Of a DNA stretch of 64,000 nucleotides, positions 50,710 through 60,699 are shown piece after piece; position 1 is the stretch's first letter, and the number at the start of each line of letters is the position of its first letter. Both the position numbers and the translations under genes were made by a program. The notes below the pieces were generated by a model. The model searched no databases. It saw nothing but the letters and a program-made list of their open reading frames with translations, and was not told where the DNA came from. Origin of the DNA: Gammaproteobacteria bacterium (lineage in GTDB: Bacteria; Pseudomonadota; Gammaproteobacteria; JAADGQ01); the NCBI GenBank assembly GCA_013152295.1, contig JAADGQ010000112.1:1977-65976 (forward strand), given 5' to 3'.

Positions 50710-52905
50710 GTGAAGCAGGCTGTCGTTGGTTTGAATGTCGTGTTTTTTCTGGTTTTTTGCCAGGCTGCGATGGGCACCAATGCGTTAAAGGCAATAAACC
50801 ATGCTGCCCTTCCCGGTGACCGTATTCAACTTGAGCTAGTAATGGCTGAGGCGGCTTCGGAACCTTTAAGTTTTACCATTGACAACCCGGCCAGAGTGGC
50901 ACTGGATTTTGCGGATACAGTCAGTAAGCTTGCCAGAAAAAAACAGCCGATCAATATCGGTGTCGCCAGAAGTGTGCATGCGATTGAAGCGAAGGGGAGG
51001 ACCCGGATTGTACTGAACTTGTTAAAAATGGTGCCTTATCAAGTCAAAGTCAAAGGTAATCGGGTCTACTTGACCCTCGGTGAAAAACCGCAGGCGGAGG
51101 CAGAGAAATCTGCTGATGTATTGGTGTCGTCGGCACCCGCATCGCCGTCGGTGGTTTCTGCACCCACGTCAGCTAAGGCTCAGCAACTGACGGTTACGAC
51201 TGCAGAGAAAGAGACCCTGCGTGCTGTTGATACCCAGGCAGAGCAAAGACGAGCTATTCGTAATATTGATTTTCACCGTGGTGAGGATGGTGAGGGTCGT
51301 GTGGTCGTGACGTTATCTGATGCCAGTGTGCTGGCTAATATTGAGGAGCGTGGGGGCGAGATCGTTGCGGATTTTTTAGATGTACAGCTACCCGATGAGC
51401 TGGAATTGCACCTGGATGTTGTTGATTTTGCGACGCCTGTCAACAGTATTGAAACCGTGGCGCGGGGTCCTAATGTGCGTATGCGCATCGTTACACAGCG
51501 GGATCGTGAATATCTGGCGTACCAGTCAAATAAACTGTTTGTTATTGAAGTTAAACCTCTGACCCGAGCGGAGCAGGAGGCAGCAAAAAAAGAGCGCTTT
51601 GGTTACACGGGCGAACGCCTCTCCCTTAATTTTCAAAATATTGAAGTGCGAGCAGTACTGCAGCTGATTGCCGACTTTACCGGACTCAATATTGTCGCCA
51701 GTGATTCTGTGACGGGTAGCATTACTTTGCGGTTAAAAAGTGTTCCCTGGGATCAAGCATTAGATATCATCCTTAAAGCACAAGGCTTGGCGCTACGTAA
51801 ACATGGCAACGTCGTGATGATCGCTCCGGCTACTGAGCTTTTGGCGCGAGAGAAAAAAGAGCTTGAGGCACAAAAGCAGGCGGAGGAACTCGTACCGCTT
51901 CGCTCCGAAATTATCAGCATTAATTACGCTAAAGCACAAGACCTGGCCAACCTCCTCAAGGGCGAAGATAATTCGTTGCTTTCCGAACGTGGCAATGTTG
52001 CTGTAGACGTACGAACCAACTCTCTATTGGTGCAAGATACCGACGAAAAATTAATAGAATTGAGAAAACTGCTGACCACATTGGATGTGCCCATCAAGCA
52101 GGTGTTGATTGAATCCCGTGTGGTGATCGCTAATGATAATTTTGGTAAATCGTTAGGGGTCAGGTTTGGTGCAACAGGTGTTCGCAAAAATGGCAGCGAT
52201 GGAATCATCACAACAAGCGGCAACGCTGCGGGTACCGATAGCACAGTTAGTAGCGCGATCAGTAATCTACAGGCGACAGGTCAGCAGTTTCCCGTTTCGG
52301 TCCCGTCTCTTGGTGATCGCATGAATGTTAACTTGCCGGTTTCGTCGCCTGCGGGGCAAATTGCTTTCGCCATACTAGGATCAGATTATCTGTTAGATCT
52401 TGAGCTATCAGCCATGCAGGTGGAGAACCGGGGAGAGATTGTCTCCAGCCCGCGCGTTATTACCTCGGACCAAAATGAAGCGGTGATAGAACAAGGTACC
52501 GAGGTGCCCTATATTACGCCAGCCTCCGGTGCCAGTAATGTGCCTGCTGTTGCTTTTAAAAAAGCAGTATTGAGTTTGAAAGTGACACCGCAGATAACCC
52601 CGGATAACCGCATCTTGCTCGATCTGACGGTCAATAAAGATAGCGTGGGCAGGATCTTTAACGGTGTCCCCAGTATCGACACCAAAGAGGTGAAAACGCA
52701 AGTACTGGTTAAAGATGGAGAGACGGTAGTGTTAGGGGGGGTCTATGAGCAGGTTACCCGCGATGAGAAAGACATGGTGCCGTTTTTGGGTGAGCTGCCG
52801 TTTATAGGCGTCCTATTTAGACAGACGCGCCAAGTTAATGAAAAAGCGGAGCTTCTGATTTTTGTCACGCCGCGTATATTAAAAGGCTCGACAGATCAGC
52901 AGTGA
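50710..52905 (+). CDS. pilQ: type IV pilus secretin PilQ
   Basis: C-terminal secretin domain (VLIESRVVIANDNF...ELLIFVTPRI) and N-terminal AMIN-type region. I prefer the GTG at 50710 after SD agagaggt, which gives a classic signal peptide M/VKQAVVGLNVVFFLVFCQAAMG. The track ORF begins at 50527 with a 60-codon leader that lacks a signal peptide. Confidence 0.85.
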   Translation: MKQAVVGLNVVFFLVFCQAAMGTNALKAINHAALPGDRIQLELVMAEAASEPLSFTIDNPARVALDFADTVSKLARKKQPINIGVARSVHAIEAKGRTRIVLNLLKMVPYQVKVKGNRVYLTLGEKPQAEAEKSADVLVSSAPASPSVVSAPTSAKAQQLTVTTAEKETLRAVDTQAEQRRAIRNIDFHRGEDGEGRVVVTLSDASVLANIEERGGEIVADFLDVQLPDELELHLDVVDFATPVNSIETVARGPNVRMRIVTQRDREYLAYQSNKLFVIEVKPLTRAEQEAAKKERFGYTGERLSLNFQNIEVRAVLQLIADFTGLNIVASDSVTGSITLRLKSVPWDQALDIILKAQGLALRKHGNVVMIAPATELLAREKKELEAQKQAEELVPLRSEIISINYAKAQDLANLLKGEDNSLLSERGNVAVDVRTNSLLVQDTDEKLIELRKLLTTLDVPIKQVLIESRVVIANDNFGKSLGVRFGATGVRKNGSDGIITTSGNAAGTDSTVSSAISNLQATGQQFPVSVPSLGDRMNVNLPVSSPAGQIAFAILGSDYLLDLELSAMQVENRGEIVSSPRVITSDQNEAVIEQGTEVPYITPASGASNVPAVAFKKAVLSLKVTPQITPDNRILLDLTVNKDSVGRIFNGVPSIDTKEVKTQVLVKDGETVVLGGVYEQVTRDEKDMVPFLGELPFIGVLFRQTRQVNEKAELLIFVTPRILKGSTDQQ

Positions 52906-53015
52906 GATTAAATTGTACTGTGCCAAATAGCTGGATGGCATGGTTTGAATAGTAAACTGCAGCACTACAACAGATCAGGTTTTGTAACATGATGATGAAT
53001 GGTTGGAGAGAGACT

Positions 53016-54878
53016 ATGTGGCAGGCCTTGAGCCGCTTGATGGTGGCTGCTTTGGTTATGGTGGTGGCCGCTTGTGGTGGCGGCGGATCTGGTTTTTCTG
53101 GCTCAGATAGTGATGGTGGTACGACAACGGGTGGAGGAGGAACTAGCAGCAGCGCTAGCAGCGTGGTGCTGGTACTCTCCAGCCCATTTTTACCCTCCGA
53201 TGACAGTCAAAAAATAACGGCATCCGCGATTGTTAGGGATGCAAACAATAACTTGATGAGTGGAGAGACGGTGGTGTTTTCTGCTAACTCTGGCGCTTTG
53301 CTTGTGATGCAACCGACTACGGGTGATAGTGGCGCGGCTATTGCGGAATTAGGAACGGGTGGTGATTTCAGTAATCGTGATGTGACTGTATCTGCTGCTG
53401 TGGGTGATGCGACGGCAACAGCTATTGTGACCGTGTCGGGGACCACGATAGCGATTAGTGGTGAAAATTCTACGGTACTGAATGGCACTCAGGATCTCAG
53501 TATCACACTGAAGGATGCAGCGGGCGCAGGTATTGGTGGTAGCACGATTGCGCTGAGCTCTGCTCAAGGTAATACGCTAAGTGCAACCACGCTAACAACT
53601 AATGCTGTGGGAGTTGTGGATGCTGTGGTTCGTGGTGATGTATCGGGCGCAGATACGATCCAAGCGTCTGCGTTGGGTGCTAGTAGCTCTTTTAGTTTTA
53701 ACGTATCACCTGATGCATTTGAGATCGAGCAACCCAATCCGAATGTTATAGAAGAGGTTCAGTTGGGTGTCAGTCAGACTGTCACTGTTCGTTGGTTGAA
53801 AGATGGTGTTCCTCAAGGGGGGCAAACTGTAAACTTTAGTGCTACACGAGGTACGATCACTCCATCGTCTGCGATCACTGATGGTAGCGGTGTTGCTATC
53901 GCGACTATTTCGTCAACGGATGCGGGGCCAGCTGTGATCGCTGTAACAACCGCCACGACATCAGCGCAAGTAGAAATTGAGTTTGTAGCTACTATTGCAG
54001 ATGAAATATCAGTTCAGGCTGATCCGGAGTCAGTTGCTTTTGGTGGTCAGCAGAGCACTATTACTGCCGTGGTACGCGACCCCAATAATAACTTAGTTAA
54101 AAACAAAAGGATTCGTTTTGTTTTGTCTGACGTGACTGGTGGTACGATCGGGCCGGCAACGGGAGAAACGGATAGTAATGGCTCCGCCAGTACGGTCTAT
54201 ACCTCCAGTAATACATCGAGTGGCGGTGGGTCTGTTTTGGTGACGGCAATTGTTGATGATACACCCGCAGTCACTGGGACCGTCAGTTTAACTGTAGGAC
54301 AGCGCGCACTCTTTATTACCGTGGGTACGGGCAACGAAATAACAGAACCGAATTCGACGGAGTATATAAAGCCTTATTCGGTGTCGGTGAAGGATGTTAA
54401 CAGTAACGCTGTTGCCGGTAAAACGGTGCAGCTGAGGTTGATCTCTACGCGTTACGATAAAGGCGAATATCGAGCCACTGATACCGATGGCGATGGAAAT
54501 TTTGACAGGTGGGTTGCTTTCACTTCGCTTCCTGCGCCATGCTCTAATGAAGACATCAATGGTGATGGTTTTCGGGATGCAGGCGAAGATACGAATAACA
54601 ACCAACAGTTGGATCCGGGTAGCCCGGCTTCGGTTGTGGGAAGTGTTGTAACCGGGAGCGATGGCAGTGTTGAAGTGGGAGTTAAATACCCACAAGAGTA
54701 CGGTGAGTGGGTGGAGGTAAGGTTAGAGGCTACAGCATCAGTGGCTGGTACCGAATCTTTGGCATCGAAAACCTTTTGGTTGCCGGTGTTGGCAGCGGAC
54801 GTACTTGATGAAAATATAGCACCTCCTGGACTGAGAAGCCCCTTTGGGGTGGCTGGTTCGTGTCTCGATCCAACTTGA
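53016..54878 (+). CDS. lipoprotein composed of tandem bacterial Ig-like (Big_1/invasin-type) domains, inserted between pilQ and aroK
   Basis: Start at the ATG after SD ggagag (track ORF starts at 52989). Lipobox MVVAAC, a Gly/Ser/Thr linker, then at least four repeats of about 90 aa each with the invasin/intimin Big_1 pattern ([89 protein letters not shown]). C-terminal Asp-rich segment ([11 protein letters not shown]...[21 protein letters not shown]). No terminator in the 83-nt gap after pilQ; the stop lies 26 nt before aroK. Confidence 0.7.
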   Translation: MWQALSRLMVAALVMVVAACGGGGSGFSGSDSDGGTTTGGGGTSSSASSVVLVLSSPFLPSDDSQKITASAIVRDANNNLMSGETVVFSANSGALLVMQPTTGDSGAAIAELGTGGDFSNRDVTVSAAVGDATATAIVTVSGTTIAISGENSTVLNGTQDLSITLKDAAGAGIGGSTIALSSAQGNTLSATTLTTNAVGVVDAVVRGDVSGADTIQASALGASSSFSFNVSPDAFEIEQPNPNVIEEVQLGVSQTVTVRWLKDGVPQGGQTVNFSATRGTITPSSAITDGSGVAIATISSTDAGPAVIAVTTATTSAQVEIEFVATIADEISVQADPESVAFGGQQSTITAVVRDPNNNLVKNKRIRFVLSDVTGGTIGPATGETDSNGSASTVYTSSNTSSGGGSVLVTAIVDDTPAVTGTVSLTVGQRALFITVGTGNEITEPNSTEYIKPYSVSVKDVNSNAVAGKTVQLRLISTRYDKGEYRATDTDGDGNFDRWVAFTSLPAPCSNEDINGDGFRDAGEDTNNNQQLDPGSPASVVGSVVTGSDGSVEVGVKYPQEYGEWVEVRLEATASVAGTESLASKTFWLPVLAADVLDENIAPPGLRSPFGVAGSCLDPT

Positions 54879-54904
54879 CTCATTTCTCGGGCAACCGTGG
54901 TCGT

Positions 54905-55444
54905 GTGGCTAGTGAATGCCTTAACCTCTTTCTCGTCGGCCCCATGGGCGTGGGGAAAACCACTCTAGGCCGTCAGTTAGCCAGTGCGCTTGGGGTTCCG
55001 TTTACCGATAGCGATCACGAGATTGAACGGCGCACCGGGGTTAATATTCCGCTGATTTTTGATATCGAAGGCGAGCAGGGGTTTCGTAGAAGAGAGCGGG
55101 ATGTCATTGACGAATTTACCCAGCGCCACGGTATTGTGTTGGCAACCGGCGGGGGGGCAGTGCTTGATGACGATAATCGGGCTCACCTGCGTCAACGTGG
55201 CAAAGTAGTTTACCTTCGTGCTTCCATTGACCATCTGCTCAAACGCACGGCCAGTGATCGCAATCGACCGCTGCTACAGACAGAAAACCCCCGTCTCAAG
55301 CTGGAACAGCTGATGGCTGAACGCGATCCTCTCTATCGCGAGGTCGCTGATCTCACCGTAGACACTGATCGCCATTCCGTTCACCGCACCGCAGAGTATA
55401 TAATCCGCTCTGTGCGCAGAGACAGTAGCGCGCACTCTAGCTGA
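54905..55444 (+). CDS. aroK: shikimate kinase I
   Basis: GTG at 54905 gives [27 protein letters not shown], collinear with E. coli AroK. The track ORF from 54860 overlaps the upstream gene and is likely over-extended. Confidence 0.85.
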   Translation: MASECLNLFLVGPMGVGKTTLGRQLASALGVPFTDSDHEIERRTGVNIPLIFDIEGEQGFRRRERDVIDEFTQRHGIVLATGGGAVLDDDNRAHLRQRGKVVYLRASIDHLLKRTASDRNRPLLQTENPRLKLEQLMAERDPLYREVADLTVDTDRHSVHRTAEYIIRSVRRDSSAHSS

Positions 55445-55471
55445 TTTTTTAACCTTTTTTGTTCCCGGTGT

Positions 55472-56554
55472 GTGATGAAAACACTCTACGTTGAGCTCGG
55501 CGCGCGCCGTTATCCCATTCATATTGGCGCGGATCTTCTCGGCCGTGCTGAGCTGTTGTCACCCAATATTCGCGCTCGACAAGTGATGGTGGTGAGCAAT
55601 GAAACCGTTGCGCCACTCTACCTCGATCGCTGCCTGTCTGGTCTGAGTCGTTTTCAGTGCGAGTCAGTGATTCTGCCTGACGGTGAGCAATACAAGAGAC
55701 TTGAAGTGCTCAATCAGATTTTTGATGCGCTGCTCAAGAACCGCTTCGACCGTCAGGCCACTGTTGTCGCTTTGGGTGGCGGGGTGATTGGTGACATGGC
55801 TGGTTTTGCCGCAGCCTGTTATCAGCGCGGCGTACCGTTTATCCAGTTGCCGACGACGTTGCTAGCGCAGGTGGACTCTTCCGTTGGCGGCAAAACGGCC
55901 GTAAACCACGCCATGGGCAAAAACATGATCGGCGCTTTTTATCAGCCGCAATGTGTGATTGCCGATACTCAAACGCTGAACACACTGGATGATCGTCAGC
56001 TGCGTGCCGGGATTGCCGAAGTGCTCAAGTATGGGTTGATTGGTGATAGCGAATTTTTCCAATGGTTAGAGGCGCACGGCGCTGAGCTGATGGCACGGGA
56101 TAGTGACGCGTTGGCTTATGCCATCGAGCGCTCATGCCAGAGCAAAGCGGATGTGGTCGCCGCCGATGAACGCGAGGGTGGCGTGCGTGCGCTACTGAAT
56201 CTTGGCCACACCTTTGGTCATGCTATCGAAGCGGGTGCTGGTTATGGCTGCTACCTGCATGGCGAGGCAGTTGCCGTTGGCATGTGCATGGCAGCCCATC
56301 TCTCTGCACGTATGGGCTGGCTTGAGAGCCAAGACGAGTCACGCATCGAGAGGATGATTGATGGGCTCGGTCTGCCGGTCAGGCCGCCAGCGGGTTTGAC
56401 GGCGCAGCGTATGCTTGAGTTGATGGCCGTGGATAAAAAGGTGTTGCAGGGGCGCATCCGTCTGGTGCTGTTGAAAGGAATTGGTCGCGCTGTGATCAGC
56501 GATGATTATGACGAAGCGGCGCTGCATGCCACGCTGCACCATTTTTGCGTTTGA
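55472..56554 (+). CDS. aroB: 3-dehydroquinate synthase
   Basis: 360 aa with NAD-binding [14 protein letters not shown] and metal-site His residues. aroK-aroB pair follows the pil operon. Confidence 0.9.
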   Translation: MMKTLYVELGARRYPIHIGADLLGRAELLSPNIRARQVMVVSNETVAPLYLDRCLSGLSRFQCESVILPDGEQYKRLEVLNQIFDALLKNRFDRQATVVALGGGVIGDMAGFAAACYQRGVPFIQLPTTLLAQVDSSVGGKTAVNHAMGKNMIGAFYQPQCVIADTQTLNTLDDRQLRAGIAEVLKYGLIGDSEFFQWLEAHGAELMARDSDALAYAIERSCQSKADVVAADEREGGVRALLNLGHTFGHAIEAGAGYGCYLHGEAVAVGMCMAAHLSARMGWLESQDESRIERMIDGLGLPVRPPAGLTAQRMLELMAVDKKVLQGRIRLVLLKGIGRAVISDDYDEAALHATLHHFCV

Positions 56555-56596
56555 ACCGATGCAGTGGGCACGGCGCCGCTATCGTCGTTTCCCGTG

Positions 56597-57172
56597 TTAC
56601 TGAGCGCTCTGTTTTTTCAGCGCCTTCTCTTTTTTTCTGAGGAAAGAGACAATGTCGCCATTTTGCTCCTTGAATGCCAGCTCAGAGGCTCTTCTGCCTT
56701 CATCGTTGGTGAGGGTTACGTCAGCGCCATTGGCAACCAGCAGCTTGACGATAGCGAGGTGATCACTGGCTGCAGCCCAATGTAGGGCTGTCCACTTGAC
56801 GTTGGTTTTCATGTTGGGGTCTGCGCCGTTATCGAGGAGTAGCTGCGCAGCCTGCAGGTTTCCCTTCATCGACGCGCGTATCAGCGCGCTCCACTGATCC
56901 TGATCCTGGGCGTTAACGTCAGCGCCCTTTTCAATCAACAGTTTGACCAGCTCAGTGTGGCCCTGACGCGCGGCGTGCATCAGCGCAGTCCAGCCAAAAT
57001 TGTTGCGTTCGTTGATGTCACCGCCTTCAGCGAGTGACTTTTCAACAGCGTCGCGATCGCCGTTGACCACCTCATTCATGAGCGGTGTGTTGTCATCACA
57101 ACCACCCAGTAGCAGTGGCGTTACGCAAAGCGCTGCTATCAAAAATATCCGCAGTGGGGCAGGTGTGTGCAT
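56597..57172 (-). CDS. ankyrin-repeat lipoprotein
   Basis: Signal/lipobox LLLGGC followed by about five ankyrin repeats (GWTALMHAARQGHTELVKLLIEKGADVNAQD...WTALHWAAASDHLAIVKLLVANGADV). Confidence 0.7.
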   Translation of the reverse strand: MHTPAPLRIFLIAALCVTPLLLGGCDDNTPLMNEVVNGDRDAVEKSLAEGGDINERNNFGWTALMHAARQGHTELVKLLIEKGADVNAQDQDQWSALIRASMKGNLQAAQLLLDNGADPNMKTNVKWTALHWAAASDHLAIVKLLVANGADVTLTNDEGRRASELAFKEQNGDIVSFLRKKEKALKKQSAQ

Positions 57173-57406
57173 CTGTTTCCTCTCGTCTCAATTGTATTGA
57201 ATCTGGCTGTTGTGCAGGTGCGCCATGTTATCACTTTTTGTTCGCATCTTGGTTCAACCTTAATTGTCTGCCAATATCGCGTGCTTGGCCGCACGGCAAA
57301 GTATTCTTGCGAGTGGGGTATTTTTCGACGCTGCAGCCCGTTAGAATCGGGCGCTTACTATCCATTCAGCTCGTCTGGATATTTGACCAGCGCAAAAGGG
57401 TTTGCC

Positions 57407-57730
57407 ATGCCTCAATATTGTTGCCCACGTTGTCAGCAGCAGACAATTCCACTCAAAGAGAAATATAAAACCAGCTACTGGTTTCTTACTCAATGCGCAA
57501 ATTGCAGCTCCACGATCTCCGCTAACCCGATCATACTGGCGATAGTGGATGTCGTTTATGTCTGGGTCGCGGTGACTTTTTGCTCCATGGTCTATTTTCA
57601 ACAGAGCTTGATTCCCATCCTCTATCTGATTGTGGTGTGGTTGATACTCGATTTTCTTAACGTCCACTACATGGCGCTCTCCATCGTAAAGAGCGGCCCA
57701 CCTCGGTCTAAAGAGCCCGCAGATTCGTAA
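57407..57730 (+). CDS. small membrane protein with N-terminal CxxC...CxxC zinc-ribbon
   Basis: Internal Met of the 187-aa track ORF. Reads MPQYCCPRCQQQTIPLKEKYKTSYWFLTQCANCSS (four Cys in two CxxC pairs) followed by two hydrophobic helices. The upstream 80 codons of the ORF overlap the ankyrin gene on the opposite strand and are unlikely to be coding. Confidence 0.4.
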   Translation: MPQYCCPRCQQQTIPLKEKYKTSYWFLTQCANCSSTISANPIILAIVDVVYVWVAVTFCSMVYFQQSLIPILYLIVVWLILDFLNVHYMALSIVKSGPPRSKEPADS

Positions 57731-57739
57731 CGCGTTTTT

Positions 57740-58618
57740 ATGGCACGAATTTTAGGTGTTGGCGTCGCAACACTGGATATCATCAACAGCGTCGCCGAGT
57801 TTCCCGCAGAAGATAGCGAAGTCAGGGTCGATCAGCAGCAGCGTTGCCGCGGTGGCAACGTGACCAATACGCTGGTGGTTCTCAGTCAGTTGGGACACCA
57901 GTGTAGCTGGGCTGGAACGCTGGCCGACGAACCCGACGCACAACTGATCCTTGCCGATCTGCAACGCTATGGGGTGGATGCGCGCGGTTGCCGCTGGTAT
58001 CGCACGGGCAAGGTGCCGACCTCCTACATTGTCAGGAGTCGCAGCAGTGGGTCGCGCACCATCGTGCACTATCGTGATCTGCCTGAGCTGACGCTGTCCG
58101 ACTTTGAGCGCCTTGATTTGTCTCGCTTTGACTGGCTCCATTTTGAAGGACGTAATGTCGATGAGGTCTGTGCGATGTTGGCGCTGGCCAAAAGTCAGGC
58201 TCCCGCTGTGCCGCGATCAGTAGAGATAGAGAAAATGAGAGCGGGAGTCGATCGGTTGTACGAATACGCAGACCTGCTTTTTTACGCCAAAGGTTTTGCC
58301 ATGGCAGCGGGCTACGAGCAGCCACAGCCTTTTTTGCGACAGATGCGCCGTCAGGTTAGTGGCGCAGATCTGGTCTGCGCATGGGGCGAGCGCGGTGCGT
58401 GGGCAATGGCACGTGGCGGCGAGATAACGCACAGTGGGGCATCTCTTCCGTCTGTTGTGGTGGATACACTGGGTGCGGGCGATACGTTTAATGCAGCGCT
58501 GATCGATGCCCGCTTGCGCGGGATGGCGTTGGCTGAAGCGGTGCACAGCGGTTGCCGGTTGGCCGGGCGCAAGTGTGGCCAAATGGGGTTTGATGGCTTG
58601 GGAGGTTTGGGCTCTTAG
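57740..58618 (+). CDS. PfkB-family carbohydrate kinase (ribokinase/ketohexokinase-like)
   Basis: N-terminal GVGVATLDI sheet-start and C-terminal DTLGAGDTFNAAL anion-hole/catalytic Asp motif. Confidence 0.7.
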   Translation: MARILGVGVATLDIINSVAEFPAEDSEVRVDQQQRCRGGNVTNTLVVLSQLGHQCSWAGTLADEPDAQLILADLQRYGVDARGCRWYRTGKVPTSYIVRSRSSGSRTIVHYRDLPELTLSDFERLDLSRFDWLHFEGRNVDEVCAMLALAKSQAPAVPRSVEIEKMRAGVDRLYEYADLLFYAKGFAMAAGYEQPQPFLRQMRRQVSGADLVCAWGERGAWAMARGGEITHSGASLPSVVVDTLGAGDTFNAALIDARLRGMALAEAVHSGCRLAGRKCGQMGFDGLGGLGS

Positions 58619-58633
58619 GTAGTCGTTGTCAGC

Positions 58634-59752
58634 ATGGACTCACTGTTTCAATCGATACTCGCCTGGGTGGCCGACAATCCGTCATGGGCCGGGTTGATCG
58701 TCTTTTTCATCGCCTTTTCCGAATCGCTCGCCATCGCTGGAATGGTGATGCCGGGTGCCGCGCTACTGCTCGGGGTTGGCGCCTTAATCGGCCTCGGTGT
58801 GCTGGAGATTTGGGGGACGCTGGGCTACGCCGTGGTTGGTGCCATTTGTGGTGATGGCGTCAGCTTTTGGCTGGGTTACCACTATCGCGATCGGTTGCGT
58901 GGGATGTGGCCCTTCACCCGCTACCCCGGACTGCTTCGAAAAGGGGAGCGCTTTTTCCGCCGCCACGGTGGCAAGAGCATCGTCTTTGGCCGCTTCATCG
59001 GTCCGCTACGCGCCATCATGCCGGCCACCGCCGGGATGATGGGCATGTCGCCACGCCACTATGTTGTTGTCAACGTAATGTCGTCTCTGCTCTGGGCGCC
59101 GGTCTATATCATGCCGGGAGCACTGGTGGCCGCGTCGCTGGGGCTGACCACTGCAATCGCTGTGCGTCTCACAGTTTTGTTGCTGCTGCTGATTTTTCTG
59201 TTGTGGCTGACCCAGCGTCTGGTTCGTTCTGCTTTTCACTATCTGCAGCCGCGCGCTCAAGCCATAGTCAAGGCAATTCTGTCATGGGGACAGCACCATC
59301 CGCTGGCCGGACGCCTGGCTGCCGCGCTGCTCGACCCGCGTCGTCCGGAAGCTTTGGGGCTGGCGGTTTTGGCGCTGCTGCTGGTTGTCGGGGCGGGGAT
59401 CTTGCTGCTGTTGCTGAAATGGGTCTCTGCGGGCATCTACCCGGCGGCGGCCGATCAGGCGGTCTATCAATTGATGCAGGGTCTGCATTCAGACTGGGCC
59501 GACAACGTAATGATGTGGATGAGTCGCTTGGGTGGTACGGCGCTGCATCTGGCGCTGTTTTTTACGCTGTTGATCTATATGGTGTGGCGCAGTCGCTGGA
59601 TGATGGTTGCCCACTGGATCGCCGTCTTTGTCTTTGCACTGTTGCTGTCGGCGCTCACGCATCACTTATTGATTGCGGCGTGGTTGGTCGAGGATGAGCC
59701 ACTGTTCTCTTTTGCTGTGCTCGGCGATGTGTCGGTGAGCATGGCGCTGTAG
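58634..59752 (+). CDS. DedA-family membrane protein with a hydrophobic C-terminal extension (possible 5' part of a DedA/PAP2 fusion)
   Basis: DedA/VTT core (FFIAFSESLAIAGMVMPGAALLLGVG ... FGRFIGPLRAIMPATAGM) in the first roughly 180 aa, then about 190 aa of further TM helices. Confidence 0.7.
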   Translation: MDSLFQSILAWVADNPSWAGLIVFFIAFSESLAIAGMVMPGAALLLGVGALIGLGVLEIWGTLGYAVVGAICGDGVSFWLGYHYRDRLRGMWPFTRYPGLLRKGERFFRRHGGKSIVFGRFIGPLRAIMPATAGMMGMSPRHYVVVNVMSSLLWAPVYIMPGALVAASLGLTTAIAVRLTVLLLLLIFLLWLTQRLVRSAFHYLQPRAQAIVKAILSWGQHHPLAGRLAAALLDPRRPEALGLAVLALLLVVGAGILLLLLKWVSAGIYPAAADQAVYQLMQGLHSDWADNVMMWMSRLGGTALHLALFFTLLIYMVWRSRWMMVAHWIAVFVFALLLSALTHHLLIAAWLVEDEPLFSFAVLGDVSVSMAL

Positions 59753-59763
59753 GTTTTCTCGCC

Positions 59764-60690
59764 GTGCTTGTCGCGCGCGAACTGCGCCTCAGATACCGTT
59801 GGTTGCCCTACACTGCTGCGGGCGTGACTGTCAGTGCCATCGCGATCGCGCAGCTCTATCTCGGTGGCGTCGCGCTCTCTGCACTGCTGGCCGGACTGTT
59901 TGTCTCATTCATCTGGGTGGTGCTGTTGGGTTCGGCCTATGGCAGCCACAGCCATGATGCACGTCAGTTGCGTCTATTGCCGCCCCTGGCGCTGGCTCTA
60001 TTTCTTGTTGCTACGTCGTTTCAAGCGACTCTGTTCGATGGGCCGGGTGCGTTGCCGAAGCATGAAGTGAGCGCTCCACGTCTGATGCAGAGCGATCACT
60101 GGCGCCGTGGTGGCTGGCAAGCGTTGCCTGCCGAGCGTGTTGATTTCAAAGGTGCGGCGACTGAGCCGATGACCGTGCAGTGGGTCGGTGCGCTGGCTCG
60201 ATTGAAAGCGGCGCTGCTCAGCCAGGGTTGGCAAGAGCCCGAGCCGTTGACCTTTTGGAGTGCTCTGCGCTGGCTTGAAAGTGACGCCTCTCTCGCTGAT
60301 CTGCCGCTGCTGCCGCGCGCCAATGATGGTCAGCATGAGGCGCTGCTGCTGGTCTATCGTGACGCGGAGGCGCAGCGCCAGTTGGTGTTGCGACTTTGGC
60401 AAAGCGACAGGGGGATTATTAGCGGCTCCAGCGCTGAACCTGCGGCGATGGGCGCTGTGTCACCGCTATGGTTTGGCACGCTCTCCCATCAGCGCTTGGC
60501 GCGGCCTCTGTCGCAGTTCTCTGTGTTGCGCAATGAGGCCGATTTTGCGGCGGCGCTGGAGTCGTTCAGGCCGTTTGTCACGGCATTCTCGTCACAACTT
60601 GTGCATCGTCAGCAATCGGCGCCAGAGCGCGGTGCGCGCGCAGCGGCAGCGTGGCACGGTGCAGTGCTGCTGCTCAGCAGGCCCGATTAA
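59764..60690 (+). CDS. membrane-anchored hypothetical protein (possibly the 3' part of a frameshifted DedA/PAP2-type fusion)
   Basis: GTG start 11 nt after the DedA stop, in a different frame. Two N-terminal TM helices, then a roughly 230-aa Ala/Leu/Arg-rich soluble domain with no motif I recognise. Confidence 0.4.
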   Translation: MLVARELRLRYRWLPYTAAGVTVSAIAIAQLYLGGVALSALLAGLFVSFIWVVLLGSAYGSHSHDARQLRLLPPLALALFLVATSFQATLFDGPGALPKHEVSAPRLMQSDHWRRGGWQALPAERVDFKGAATEPMTVQWVGALARLKAALLSQGWQEPEPLTFWSALRWLESDASLADLPLLPRANDGQHEALLLVYRDAEAQRQLVLRLWQSDRGIISGSSAEPAAMGAVSPLWFGTLSHQRLARPLSQFSVLRNEADFAAALESFRPFVTAFSSQLVHRQQSAPERGARAAAAWHGAVLLLSRPD

Positions 60691-60699
60691 AAGGCCCGC

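Noticed and set aside
59764-60690. Assigning a PAP2 phosphatase function to the ORF after DedA.
   Set aside because: I could not find the three PAP2 motifs by eye in either ORF. Only the combined length and the adjacency resemble known DedA/PAP2 fusions, so this is kept as a hypothesis in the findings rather than a feature call.
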